Assembly (NCBI GenBank): GCA_021814145.1
Contig: JAKAIY010000001.1
Span: forward strand, 18,094-82,093
Source: Chloroflexota bacterium
GTDB lineage: Bacteria; Chloroflexota; Ktedonobacteria; Ktedonobacterales; JADMIN01
DNA length: 64,000 nt
Direction of reading: 5' to 3'
Numbering within the stretch: the stretch's first letter is position 1; each line of letters opens with the position of its first letter. A program made the position numbers and the translations under genes. Shown here in pieces: positions 10,650 to 20,806 of this stretch. Below the pieces are notes generated by a model. It had not been told where the DNA came from. It ran no database searches and saw nothing but the letters and a program-made list of their open reading frames with translations.

Positions 10650-10695
10650 ATCTGGGCTGAATGTGGGGTGACTCGGTAACGCTATCGGGGTTGAC

Positions 10696-12069
10696 TCAGA
10701 CGGACGCGCCTTCGCGGATATTCCACGCCTTCTTCAGCACCTCCAGGGCGCGCTGGCTTTGGCCACGCGCCTCCAGGAAGGTGGAGAAGGCCGCGTAGGC
10801 GTCCCCCAGATGCTGGCGCGCGCCAGTTTGCTCCAGCAGGGTGATGGCCTGCTCGAAGCTGGCCTCGGCCTGCTTCGACTGCCCCTGCGCGTCCTGCACC
10901 TGCGCCATCGCCAGCTGCGACTCCGCCAGCAGAATGTCATCCCCGATGGACTGCGCCAGATCGAGCGCCTTCTGCGCGGCTGTCTTAGCCTCTCCCAGCC
11001 GCTTCTGGCTGACGAAGACGGCGGCGAGGCTGCGCTGCACTTCGGCCTGGCCGCGCATGTCGCGCTCGCGCTCGGTCATGGTCTGCGCCTGGTCCAGGAA
11101 GCTGAGCGCCTCGTCAATCTGGTTCGCCTGCGCTGTCGCGCGGCCCAGCCGGGTGTAGGCGCGCGCGGTCAGGCGGCGGTTCTCAGCCAGCGCGTAGGTC
11201 GCTAGCGCCTGCTGGGCGTAGAGCCTGGCCCGTCGCATGTCCCCTTGCGCGGCGTAGGCGGCGCTCAGTCCCCAGAGCGCGTCACCGAACCGCTCGGGAT
11301 TGTTGAGATCGTCGGTCAGCTCGACCGCCTCGCGCAGATAGCCAATGGCGTCGCTGGTCTGGTTGAGCAGCCAGTACGTGGTGCCGAGATTGTAGAGCAC
11401 ACTGAGCCGGAAAGCGGGGTCCTTGACAATCTCGCGCGTCGCCGCCTCATGCGCCAGGCGGTACTGCTCCAGCGCCAGCTGGGTCTTGCGCTCGAGTAGA
11501 TAGGCGTTGCCAAGCTCATTGCGCAGCCGCGCGCGCATCTCATCATCGCCGGTCCGCTCAGAGAGGGCGATGCCTTCCAGCGCCTCACGGCGCGCCTCTT
11601 CGGGCTGTTCGAGCTCATTGTAGCAGGACGCCAGCAGCCGGCGCAGCTCCAGCGCAGTGGAGCCTGTCAAATGTGTCGGGCTGACCATGCGCAGCGTGTC
11701 CAGCGCCTCGTTGAGCTTGCCCTGATGGATCTGGACCTGCGCCAGACGCATCTTCGCCTCAGCTTCCTCCAGGCGGCGCTCGGCGATAGCCTCACGCCCG
11801 CCCGGCGCCATCTCAGAGATGCGCTCATCGCTCACCAGGTCGGCCAGCGGCACCTCGAGGCGCTGAGACAATTGTTCTAGCGCGCCCAGGCTTGGTCTGA
11901 TCTGACCTCTTTCCACGGCGCTGATATACGAGACGCTAAACTGATCGCCCGCCACCTCGGATTGGGTCATGTTGAGGCGGAGCCGGGCTTCGCGAAGCCG
12001 CTTGCCCATGCGCTGGGCGGGTGAGAGCTCTGTTGGTGGCGCTACGCGCGGTGTTCTATCCCTTGGCAT
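10696..12069 (-). CDS. XRE-family HTH transcriptional regulator with a TPR-repeat domain
   Basis: HTH region LNMTQSEVAGDQFSVSYISAVERGQIRPSLGALEQLSQRLEV, followed by about 350 aa of TPR-like repeats. Confidence 0.85.
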   Translation of the reverse strand: MPRDRTPRVAPPTELSPAQRMGKRLREARLRLNMTQSEVAGDQFSVSYISAVERGQIRPSLGALEQLSQRLEVPLADLVSDERISEMAPGGREAIAERRLEEAEAKMRLAQVQIHQGKLNEALDTLRMVSPTHLTGSTALELRRLLASCYNELEQPEEARREALEGIALSERTGDDEMRARLRNELGNAYLLERKTQLALEQYRLAHEAATREIVKDPAFRLSVLYNLGTTYWLLNQTSDAIGYLREAVELTDDLNNPERFGDALWGLSAAYAAQGDMRRARLYAQQALATYALAENRRLTARAYTRLGRATAQANQIDEALSFLDQAQTMTERERDMRGQAEVQRSLAAVFVSQKRLGEAKTAAQKALDLAQSIGDDILLAESQLAMAQVQDAQGQSKQAEASFEQAITLLEQTGARQHLGDAYAAFSTFLEARGQSQRALEVLKKAWNIREGASV

Positions 12070-12784
12070 AAGGTTGCTCGCCTCTTTCGTCGTGCATTGG
12101 ATTCTTGTCGCCGTTCACGAATTGAAATTGACGAGGTTGCCTGCTCATGTGCGCGAGACGCTATTCGCTTGGTTCGGTGAATGACTGGATTTACCCAACA
12201 CGCCTATAGCGTAAGAGCGTCAGTCAGCGTGTCCCGGGCATTCTAGCGAAATGCCTACATTCCGCGATACGCTAACTGAGGCTCTGACACCTTGATGGTT
12301 CCCCGAAACCCCCAAGCGGTGTTGAGTTTTAATCAATTCTGAACCGTCCATGAGAGGCGAGCGCGCGATCTTGTTCGCCCTACCGCGAAAATTTCAATTC
12401 CAGTGTTCCTAGTATAACAGATTATAGTATCCGCAACAAGCCAGTAGGCGTGTGGTACGCATTTTTCACGATTGTCATGGCAATTCTCACTGGCGTAAGC
12501 CGTGATCGTTACTGTGGGATCAGGTAGCTTCGCAGGCGTTGAAATCAGGCTGGCGGGCGCGCGACAAATGGAGTATGAAAATCTGTTAAGAGTCAGGGAT
12601 ACGATAGTGTGATTGTGTAACATATGGCGCTGCGCGGTATGAGCGCCGGCGCCGGCCTCTCACTTCGTCGCGTTCTATTCGCTCCACCACGATGAAGGCG
12701 CTATAGTTTATGGAGAACCTTCCATCCCGCCGGGAGGTTCTCCGAAGCCGTCGCTCACGGCGCAACCTGGAGGAGAGAAAGACC

Positions 12785-14941
12785 ATGGGGTGGCGGCAAG
12801 CGGGCGATGAGCGCCCAGGACATCTGAATCGGCTTGCTTACGAGAATAGCCCGTATCTGCTTCAGCACGCGGAAAACCCGGTGGATTGGTTCCCGTGGGG
12901 CGAAGAAGCCTTCGAGCGCGCGCGCGCGGAAGATAAACCCGTGCTTTTGAGCATTGGGTACGCGAGCTGCCACTGGTGCCATGTGATGGAGCGCGAATCT
13001 TTCGCGAACGAAGCCATCGCAGCCATTATGAACAGGGAATTTGTCTGCGTCAAAGTGGATCGCGAGGAGCGGCCGGATGTGGACGCCATTTATATGGAAG
13101 CGACGGTTCGCATGACCAGTGGCGGCGGCTGGCCGATGACCGTCTTCCTGACTCCGGATGGCGCGCCTTTCTTCGCTGGCACGTATTTCCCGCCAGAGGA
13201 CCGCTACGGCGCGCCAGGTTTTCCCCGCCTGCTGGAGGCAATCGCGGGGTGGTATCGCGACCGCCGGGAGGATGTGGAGGCGCAGGCGCAGGCGATGCGT
13301 GACATCTACCAGGCGAATGAGAACCTGCGCCTGGAAGTCCCGCCCGGTTTGCTGGACGGCTCGGAGCGGCTGGATCCCGCGATACTGGCTCGCGCGGCGA
13401 ACAGCGATCTCGCTCACTTCGACCGCGAGACCGGAGGGTTGCGCGGCGCGCCTAAATTCCCGCATGCGCTCGGACTGGAATTCCTGTTGCGCATGGAGCG
13501 GCGGCGGCAGGCGGCAGGTGGAGTGGATGATCCCGCCACGCAGGGCCTCAGCGCGGACTTGCTGCCGCTTGTGACACTGACACTCGATCACATGGCCGCG
13601 GGCGGCATCCATGACCAGATCGGCGGCGGCTTCCATCGCTACGCTACCGACGCGATCTGGCTGACGCCGCACTTTGAGAAAATGCTCTATGACAATGCGC
13701 TGCTGGCGCTGGTCTATCTGCGCGCATGGCAGGTAACCGGCGAGCCGCGTTATCGCCTCGTCTGCGAGCGCGCCCTGGATTACATTCTTCGTGAGATGAC
13801 CGATCCCAGCGGCGCCTTCTATTCCTCTCAGGACGCCGATAGCGAGGGCGAGGAGGGCCGCTTCTATGTCTGGACGGCGGCCGAGTTGCGGGCGGCGCTC
13901 AGCGAGAGCGACGCGGCTGTAGCCATGCTCGCCTGGGGTGTATCGGAACAGGGAAATTTCGAAGGCCGGAATATCCTGCATGCCGCGCGCGATATCGAGG
14001 ATGTAGCGGCGAGCCTGGGGATCACCGCTGACGCGGCGCATGCGGCGATGGAGCGCGCCCGCGAGCGGCTCTACGCGGTTCGCGCGGGCCGGGTCTGGCC
14101 CGCGCGCGACGACAAGGCCATCACCTCCTGGAATGCGCTCGCATTGCGCGCGCTGGCGGAAGCGGCGCAGGCGCTGGACCGCGACGAGTATCGCCAGGCG
14201 GCTGTCAAGAGCGCGGAGTTTCTGATGGGCGCCATGATGCGCGATGGGCGCTTGCTGCGCTCGTGGCGTCTGGGCGTCGCCAGGCTTGACGCCTATCTGG
14301 AAGACTATGCCGGACTCGCGAACGCGCTCATCAGCGTCTACGAACTGACTGGCGACCCGCGATACGTGACGCATGCGCGCACGCTGGCGGATTCCATTGT
14401 GACCCGCTTCTGGGATGAGGAAATCGCGGGATTTTTCGATACCGCCTCTGACCATGCGCGACTGATCAGCAGGCCGCGCGAGCTGACCGATAATGTGACT
14501 CCCAGCGGAACCAGCCTGGCCTGCGAGGCGCTGTTACGGCTCTCCGCGCTGACTGGCGAAGCGCGCTACCATGAGCTCGCGGCGCGCGCCCTGCTCTCGC
14601 TCGCGCCGCTGGCGCTGCGCTCTCCATCTGGTTTTGGGCGTACTCTCTGCGCGCTCGATGACCTCATCGGGCCATTCCATGAGGTGGCGCTCGTGGGGCT
14701 CCAGGACGATGCGCGGCTGCGCGCGTTGCGAGAGGAGGTGACGCGGCAGTGGCGTCCGCGCATGGTTCTCGCCACCGCCGCGCCTGATGATATGGCCGCC
14801 GTGGCCGCCGTTCCGTTGCTTGCGGAGCGTCCACTGGTCAATGGGGCGCCGGCGGCCTATGTCTGTCAGGGCTTTGTGTGCCAGCGGCCCGTGACGGACC
14901 CCGCCGCGCTCGCCGCGCTGCTTGACAGCGGGGCCGGCTGA
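12785..14941 (+). CDS. thioredoxin-domain protein (DUF255 / YyaL-like) with an (alpha/alpha)6 barrel body
   Basis: [59 protein letters not shown] is the hallmark DUF255 N-terminus. Start placed at ATG 12785 (GGAGGAGAG upstream). The longest ORF starts at 12710. Confidence 0.9.
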   Translation: MGWRQAGDERPGHLNRLAYENSPYLLQHAENPVDWFPWGEEAFERARAEDKPVLLSIGYASCHWCHVMERESFANEAIAAIMNREFVCVKVDREERPDVDAIYMEATVRMTSGGGWPMTVFLTPDGAPFFAGTYFPPEDRYGAPGFPRLLEAIAGWYRDRREDVEAQAQAMRDIYQANENLRLEVPPGLLDGSERLDPAILARAANSDLAHFDRETGGLRGAPKFPHALGLEFLLRMERRRQAAGGVDDPATQGLSADLLPLVTLTLDHMAAGGIHDQIGGGFHRYATDAIWLTPHFEKMLYDNALLALVYLRAWQVTGEPRYRLVCERALDYILREMTDPSGAFYSSQDADSEGEEGRFYVWTAAELRAALSESDAAVAMLAWGVSEQGNFEGRNILHAARDIEDVAASLGITADAAHAAMERARERLYAVRAGRVWPARDDKAITSWNALALRALAEAAQALDRDEYRQAAVKSAEFLMGAMMRDGRLLRSWRLGVARLDAYLEDYAGLANALISVYELTGDPRYVTHARTLADSIVTRFWDEEIAGFFDTASDHARLISRPRELTDNVTPSGTSLACEALLRLSALTGEARYHELAARALLSLAPLALRSPSGFGRTLCALDDLIGPFHEVALVGLQDDARLRALREEVTRQWRPRMVLATAAPDDMAAVAAVPLLAERPLVNGAPAAYVCQGFVCQRPVTDPAALAALLDSGAG

Positions 14942-14958
14942 CGCTGGCGCGCGGAAGT

Positions 14959-15657
14959 TTACCCTTGCTGCCGGGCCACCAGCGCGTCGCGCGCCTCCCA
15001 GAGCTCAGGGAATAGGAGATCGAAGAGCGTGCGTTCGAGCGCTGCCATCGGCGTGCCTCCGGTTCCCTGGCTTCGCAGGCCCAAATGACGCTGCGCCAGT
15101 TTCAGGTGCGCGGCGCGGAAGAGGTTGAAACGCTCGTCGAAGTCAGTGAGCGCCTCGGCGCAGGCATAGAGCGCAGGCCGCTCGCGTGGCTCCGCGTAGA
15201 GATCAACCAGGCTCATTCCCGCGCGCTCTGTCGCCCCCGCGAACGCTTCCCATAGCGCGGGCGCGCGGCGCAGGATCGCGTGGAATCCGGGCGAGTCACC
15301 GCCATTTCCATCTTCCAGACCGGCGCGAATCACGAGAAAGTCGGCGGGTGGCAACAACTCAAGCTGCCGCATCGCCGCGCCAGGCACTTCCTGCGCTGCG
15401 ACCGCGCGACTGATCGCCTGCGCCGCGTCCGCGAGGTGATCTTCGCGCAGCAGCGCCGTCGCGCGGTCCATCAACTCCGCCGTGAGCTTCCACCACAGCT
15501 CAAACGTCTGATGGGTGATCTGGAAAAGCAGCTCATCGGGGTGCAGCCGCTCGGCGGGAGGTTTCTGGAGCGCGAGCAGGTCATCGGTACGGATGTAACG
15601 CTCGTAGGTTGTCGCGGCGCCGTTACCTGCCGCGGCAGAGGTCGGATTGCGTGACAT
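14959..15657 (-). CDS. kynA: tryptophan 2,3-dioxygenase
   Basis: TYERYIRTDDLLALQKPPAERLHPDELLFQITHQTFELWWKL matches the TDO helix B/haem-pocket region. Start uncertain: ATG 15657 chosen, and the longest ORF reaches 15825. Confidence 0.8.
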   Translation of the reverse strand: MSRNPTSAAAGNGAATTYERYIRTDDLLALQKPPAERLHPDELLFQITHQTFELWWKLTAELMDRATALLREDHLADAAQAISRAVAAQEVPGAAMRQLELLPPADFLVIRAGLEDGNGGDSPGFHAILRRAPALWEAFAGATERAGMSLVDLYAEPRERPALYACAEALTDFDERFNLFRAAHLKLAQRHLGLRSQGTGGTPMAALERTLFDLLFPELWEARDALVARQQG

Positions 15658-15882
15658 CGCGGTTCTGGCCTCCATCTGCTTTGATGTTGCGCGCGACATC
15701 GCGCGCTGGCTCGCCAGTCGCACACAAGGAGAGCCGTCCTTCATGATATCAAAGAATGACGGCGAAGAATAGCGAAAGCTGGCGCCGCCGGCGCCTATGC
15801 TATACTCCAGTACACGCTTCCCCACGTATCTCTGGCGTTGGGCGCCGCGTCGCGAGGGAGCGTATAAGGAGCAGGCGGTGGT

Positions 15883-16398
15883 ATGCGGTGTCCCTATTGT
15901 GGGAATTTCGATTCCAAGGTGATTGATTCACGCGACAACGGCGAGACGGTGCAGCGCCGCCGCCGGTGTGAGCGTTGCAACGAGCGTTTCACGACAGTGG
16001 AGCGCATCGTGTTGAATGAACTGATGGTGGTCAAGCGGGACGGACGGCGCGAGCCGTTTAGCCGTGAGAAACTGGAAACCGGTCTGCGGCACGCCTGCCA
16101 GAAGCGCCCCATCGCCGTTGGACAGCTCGAGGCGATCGTTCAGGAGATCGAAAACGAGCTGTACAAAATGGGGAAAGCGGAGATCGAGACTTCGGTCATT
16201 GGCGAGATGGTCATGGAGCGGCTGCGCAAGCTTGACCCCATCGCGTATATTCGCTTCGCGAGTGTCTATCATTCGTACCCCAACCTGCAGGCCATGCGGC
16301 AGGAGATGGACCAGCTGCTGGCCGACGCGGCCGGGGCGAATAGGGATGGCGCGCCGCGCTCGAAAGCGCGTGGAGAAAAAGCGGATCCGGCGCGGTGA
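15883..16398 (+). CDS. nrdR: transcriptional repressor NrdR
   Basis: MRCPYCGNFDSKVIDSRDNGETVQRRRRCERCNERFTTVERI (zinc ribbon) followed by an ATP-cone. AAGGAG RBS upstream. Confidence 0.95.
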   Translation: MRCPYCGNFDSKVIDSRDNGETVQRRRRCERCNERFTTVERIVLNELMVVKRDGRREPFSREKLETGLRHACQKRPIAVGQLEAIVQEIENELYKMGKAEIETSVIGEMVMERLRKLDPIAYIRFASVYHSYPNLQAMRQEMDQLLADAAGANRDGAPRSKARGEKADPAR

Positions 16399-16486
16399 CC
16401 ATAAAGCGGATGGCCAAGCGACCAGCCAGTTTATGGGCCGCGCCGGACGGTGAGCGCAAATCGCGCGGATGACGCTGGACGCGCGG

Positions 16487-16909
16487 CTATTGCTGCTGGC
16501 GCTCGATAGCGCGCAGGCGCTGGCTTAGCACACCCAGCAACTTGATGCTGATCTCGGGCGCCTCACGAAGCGCGGCGCGGAAGTCCCACACGGGGATAAC
16601 CAGGGCGCGCGTATCTTCCGTGGCGATGGCGGTCGCGGTACGGGGCATGTCATCCAGCAGCGACATCTCGCCGAGCACAGCCCCCCGCCCGAAATCGCCC
16701 AAATCTCGTGCGTTGCCATCAGGCGCCGTCTGGGTAACATGGACCGAGCCCGCGGTAATGATGAAGAGCCCGACGCCCGTTTCCCCCTGCCGCAAGAGAA
16801 TCGCCCCGGCGGGATAGTCACGCTCACGGCAGTTGACACTCAAGACCTGAAGCTCGCGCCGGGAAAGGCCCTGAAAGAGCGGCACCTGGGCCAGCATGTC
16901 TTCATACAT
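16487..16909 (-). CDS. cyclic-nucleotide-binding domain protein (stand-alone cNMP domain)
   Basis: 140 aa. FGRGAVLGEMSLLDDMPRTATAIATEDTRALV is the phosphate-binding-cassette region of cNMP domains. Confidence 0.85.
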   Translation of the reverse strand: MYEDMLAQVPLFQGLSRRELQVLSVNCRERDYPAGAILLRQGETGVGLFIITAGSVHVTQTAPDGNARDLGDFGRGAVLGEMSLLDDMPRTATAIATEDTRALVIPVWDFRAALREAPEISIKLLGVLSQRLRAIERQQQ

Positions 16910-17029
16910 GGAGATTTATCCTTTTCTTGCCGATTGCTTGTGATCGGGATTCAGCATAAGCCGAAGATGGTCTGCGGTCAAGCGCGCGCATGGCGCTTGA
17001 CCGCCGCGTGCGCGCCAGGCGCAGAGCGC

Positions 17030-18940
17030 CTAGCGCAAGCCATCACCACGCTCAGTCAGCCAGTCGGGGAGCGAAGTGTTGGCCTGCCCGGTATTGGGTC
17101 CACTGCGCTGCCCGTCGGCGCGCGGGCCTGAGAGGGGACCGCGGACGCCACGCGTCCGGCCTGAAGGGGGCGCGGCGTCTCGCTGATTTCCACCCATCAT
17201 GCCTGGCGCTCCGGCCCCTGGGAAGTCAGGAAGCGGTGGCATGGGCGCGCCATAGTCAGCGTCCTGGCGGCCTTCACCGCCGAATGACATCCGGCCAGCG
17301 AACCCGCCCATATCCATCGGCCCTCCTAATGGGGGCAACTGACCATTGGTCCCGATGGGGCCGGTGCCACCCATCTGACCGCCGCCGTTCGGGAAATTCA
17401 TGCCGTTCATCTGACCGCTGGGGCGCATCCTGCCTGAGTCCGGTCTGTTCATGGCCGGCGCGCCCATCGGGCCACCCATCATGCCCGCCGGGAGCGCGCC
17501 ACTGAGGGATGCCGCCGTATCCGGCATGCGTCCCATGTTGCCGCCACCCATGCGCATGCCGCGATCGCCAGGAATGCCCATTTGCCCGGAGCTTTGCTGG
17601 CCCATCTGTCCAGTGGCTGGCCATCCTCCCATCTGGCCCATGCCGCCCATCTGGCCTGTGGCTGGCTGCGACATAGGAATCGCGCCTGCTCCGGCGAGCA
17701 TCGCTTCGCTTGGGAAGTCCCCCACATCCATAGTCTGGGGGGGCGCCTGGCGGACCGTGCGCACACCGACGATGCGCTGCAATCCGTCTACCGCCTCGTC
17801 CAGCTGGTGAGCGCTTTCCGTCGCTTGCTGGGACCCGCTGGATACCTGGCCAGCGATCTCCATCACGGCTTGCATCGCGCCTGTCATGCGTTCATATTGC
17901 TGCGCTTCCTGCCGGCTGGCGGCGCTGATGTCGCGCACGGAGCGGGTGATGTACGCCAGGATGGTGTCTATCTGCTGCGGGGTGATATCAACGCGGCGGC
18001 GGACTACCTGGTCACCCATCTGCGCCAGCTGATCGGTGCGATGCGAAATATCCCGCGTCGTTTCAGCGAAGTTCTGCAGCGCCTTGTTGATCGAGCCGAC
18101 CGCCCATACCTGCTGTTCGGCGCCGCTTACCTGCTGAGCGGCGATCGCGCTGATGCGCTGGGAAGCGAAGCTCACTTGCCGCGCCACATTCTGCAAGGTA
18201 GAGACAATTGAAGACGCGAACAGGAGCGCGAAAATGATTCCCGCGATCATCACAATCAGGCCCAGCAACAGCAGCTGAATGGTTGTTGTCTGCTGGAAGG
18301 CGGTGACGGTGTCGAGCGGCACGCCGACAGCCAGTACGCCAATGACCTGCTGCTGCGGGTTAAGCAACGGAGTGTAATCAGCGTAATACTGCCGCCCCTC
18401 ATAGGCCACTTCGCCAAGGAATGGTTTCGGTGAGCCGCTGTTAAGCGCCATGGCGCTGGCAGGCGCGGATTCCATGAGAACGCCAGTGTCGCGGGTGTTG
18501 AGCGCGGTAGAGCTTGCCTCGCTAGTCGCCGCGAGAAGCGTTGTTGAGACGCGGGTGCAAGGAACAAGCTTGTTATTTGGATTGGCGCATTGATAGATAC
18601 TGACAAAGCCACCGATAAGCCGCTGGACCTCATCCACGTAGTCCACATCATTGTTCAGCGCATACTTGCCGTATGTGCTCAAATAATTGTTGGACGTAGG
18701 CGAGTCCGCGACAAGCTGACCATTGGAAGAAATCGAGACGTTCTGTCCATATTGCGTCTGGAGCACAAGCAAGGCGATGGCCATGTTTTGCTGCTCTTGC
18801 GTGTGCGCCTGCTGAAGGGCGTATTGCTGAATGGCGTTATTGGCGATGAAAAGGGTCGCCACTGTACTGAGCACTGCGCTGAGCAACACTACCAGAGTCA
18901 GTTGTGTTCGGATTCCCAGGCGAAACCGACGTTGACGCAT
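17030..18940 (-). CDS. membrane sensor: extracytoplasmic Cache-like domain, TM helix, MCP-signalling-like coiled coil, and a Gly/Met/Pro-rich tail of about 238 aa
   Basis: TM1 LTLVVLLSAVLSTVATLFIA. About 190-aa periplasmic region. TM2 IQLLLLGLIVMIAGIIFALLFA. Q/A/S-rich coiled-coil typical of methyl-accepting proteins. Then a low-complexity tail (GQMGGMGQMGGWPATGQMGQQSSGQMG...). Confidence 0.75.
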   Translation of the reverse strand: MRQRRFRLGIRTQLTLVVLLSAVLSTVATLFIANNAIQQYALQQAHTQEQQNMAIALLVLQTQYGQNVSISSNGQLVADSPTSNNYLSTYGKYALNNDVDYVDEVQRLIGGFVSIYQCANPNNKLVPCTRVSTTLLAATSEASSTALNTRDTGVLMESAPASAMALNSGSPKPFLGEVAYEGRQYYADYTPLLNPQQQVIGVLAVGVPLDTVTAFQQTTTIQLLLLGLIVMIAGIIFALLFASSIVSTLQNVARQVSFASQRISAIAAQQVSGAEQQVWAVGSINKALQNFAETTRDISHRTDQLAQMGDQVVRRRVDITPQQIDTILAYITRSVRDISAASRQEAQQYERMTGAMQAVMEIAGQVSSGSQQATESAHQLDEAVDGLQRIVGVRTVRQAPPQTMDVGDFPSEAMLAGAGAIPMSQPATGQMGGMGQMGGWPATGQMGQQSSGQMGIPGDRGMRMGGGNMGRMPDTAASLSGALPAGMMGGPMGAPAMNRPDSGRMRPSGQMNGMNFPNGGGQMGGTGPIGTNGQLPPLGGPMDMGGFAGRMSFGGEGRQDADYGAPMPPLPDFPGAGAPGMMGGNQRDAAPPSGRTRGVRGPLSGPRADGQRSGPNTGQANTSLPDWLTERGDGLR

Positions 18941-19198
18941 GAAATTTCGTCCTCCTGCGCTCGTCTGGGGCGAATAGACCCAAGCGATCAGTGCGTGTTA
19001 TGAGTCAGAAATGCCGGGTGAATTAAGTGGCGTTGCTTCCATCCGAGACGCGCCAGGCCGCCGCGCGTTTGAAAGCGACGTCGCATCCATCGGAACCCGC
19101 CCCCGGCTTTTCGCGGAAAGGCGAAACTTGTGGGCGGGATGCGCCTGGATGCGTTCCTGGACCACACTATTGTAACGTATCGAGCGCCACAGAGGCGC

Positions 19199-19963
19199 CT
19201 AAATCGTCACGAGTCCCAGTATCCTCAAATGATTGAGCACCGCGTAGAGATCTCCCTCATTCCTTCGGGTCAGACGGACGAGGTCCATGACCGTGCGCTG
19301 CCCGTCTACCAGCAGTAAGACCATCCGCTCCCTGCGGTCGAGTGGAAGCTGGTCAACGTTCATGGAAGGGGTCGTACGCCGTGGGCGCGCGGCAAGCTGC
19401 TCTGGACGCAGTGGCGTCGTCGCCGTGGCAGGAGCGCCTGAATAAGGAGTCTGCTGATCAGGCGGGAGAACATCGGGCTGGCCGTAGGCGCCGTAGAGCG
19501 AGGACATGGGGGCCGATGGATTGGTTACGTAGGAGTTGAGAGAGTCGCTTGGGTTGGAAGAACCGAAATCTGATGGCGCGGGAGAAAAGCCGTTAAGTGA
19601 GGAGGTGGAGGGGTATCCATAGGATGGCCAGGACGACTCGGTCCCCGCTGGCGGTATGGGAGATGGCGGCGCGGGCATGGGTTGCGTGGGATCGAAGGTG
19701 GACATGTCCATGTCGCTCTCGCTCTCATCGAATGCGTACATACATTCGCCCCAGACGTTGAGCGCGTTGAGCGCGGCGCCGCCAGTGAGCGAGCCGAGCA
19801 GAGCGGATACAGGCTCACCTTGGATGAAGCGTATCTGCCCCATTTCCCGCAAGCCATTCTGGCTACGGGTCGCGCGGAGGATGCCTGTCTGTCTGGAGAT
19901 CGTCACCATCTGAATGATGTTACTGAGCCGGGTTGTTCCGGCGAATCGTGCTGCCATCCTCAT
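19199..19963 (-). CDS. DUF4388 (PATAN-like) domain protein
   Basis: N-terminus GTTRLSNIIQMVTISRQTGILRATRSQNGLREMGQIRFIQGEPVSA is typical of DUF4388. It has a Pro/Ser-rich linker and a conserved-looking C-terminus MVLLLVDGQRTVMDLVRLT. Confidence 0.75.
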   Translation of the reverse strand: MRMAARFAGTTRLSNIIQMVTISRQTGILRATRSQNGLREMGQIRFIQGEPVSALLGSLTGGAALNALNVWGECMYAFDESESDMDMSTFDPTQPMPAPPSPIPPAGTESSWPSYGYPSTSSLNGFSPAPSDFGSSNPSDSLNSYVTNPSAPMSSLYGAYGQPDVLPPDQQTPYSGAPATATTPLRPEQLAARPRRTTPSMNVDQLPLDRRERMVLLLVDGQRTVMDLVRLTRRNEGDLYAVLNHLRILGLVTI

Positions 19964-20396
19964 TCTCCTCGCTGGCGCTTTCGGCGGCGATTGTACTGAG
20001 GCGTCCGGCGCCTATCCTCTCAGTCTGGATAACGCCCGACACGTTAAACCAGGATGTTTCACCTGATTTCTGAGAGTTTGTGAACTCTGGATGGACGCTT
20101 CAGATATCACCTCGCCCGGCCCGCAACGGCTAAAACCCACTTTAGGGGGAAGCCGTCACGCTCAGACGAGAGGCGCTACGGCCATCGTGTCGCGACAAAC
20201 TGGCACGAACGTTAGCGCGTTCTACGCTGGCCAATCGCTTGAGGCTTCATCGCCTCATGTTGGGATCCCTGGCCTTCCATTCGCCCGATCCACAATGACA
20301 CCATAACACGCGTCAGATCACAATTCACTGTCTGGTTCAGCGTTTAACAACAATACCATACACCCACACGTCAAGCTCCACAGTTTCGCTCAGGCC

Positions 20397-20627
20397 CTAG
20401 CGCGCGGCGGGAGCTTCCGCCGCGGATTCTTCCCGCTCGATCTCCGCGAGCCGCTCACGCAGTTGATCGGCCAGCCGCTTATATTCGACCGCGCGTTGCT
20501 CGTCCCACTTGGGCATCACCGCTTCGTGCGCTCCAGCCGTGACTGCCCGGTCAATCAGCCCGGCGTAAAACTCATACGCCTGAATCTGGAGCTTGAGCAA
20601 CTCTTTCTCGTTGGGTTGCTGCGCCAT
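20397..20627 (-). CDS. hypothetical small helical protein (76 aa)
   Basis: GAGAGGA RBS about 10 nt upstream of the ATG. Charged, coiled-coil-like composition. No family recognised. Confidence 0.5.
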   Translation of the reverse strand: MAQQPNEKELLKLQIQAYEFYAGLIDRAVTAGAHEAVMPKWDEQRAVEYKRLADQLRERLAEIEREESAAEAPAAR

Positions 20628-20806
20628 ATCTGGAATATCCTCTCGTCGGCGTGAGGGAGCGGCTGATAGTCCACTTCCCCGCGTGATTGATGTGGCAATG
20701 CTGAGCGCATGTTACGGCGTAGGGTAGCACAGCGACAAGCGCTGGTCAAGTAGCGTGGCGTCAGGAAACATCGGGAATTTTCCGTAAATTCGCGCGCACG
20801 CCTCAC

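Noticed and set aside
10075-10671. ORFs 10075..10494 (minus) and 10177..10671 (plus) in the leader of the ABC operon
   Set aside because: They mutually overlap, have no RBS, and have non-protein-like composition with no motifs. The permease start is better placed at 10088.
12755-14455. 566-aa minus-strand ORF inside the DUF255/thioredoxin-domain gene
   Set aside because: It is antisense to a gene with clear family motifs. Its product is Arg/Ala/Gly/Pro-rich with no recognisable motif. Long antisense ORFs are expected in GC-rich DNA because stop codons are AT-rich.
20201-20216. TGGCACGAACGTTAGC, a sigma-54 -24/-12-like sequence on the plus strand
   Set aside because: The GC element is displaced by one nt from canonical spacing. 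A plus-strand promoter here would only drive transcription antisense to the 76-aa gene and pcrA.
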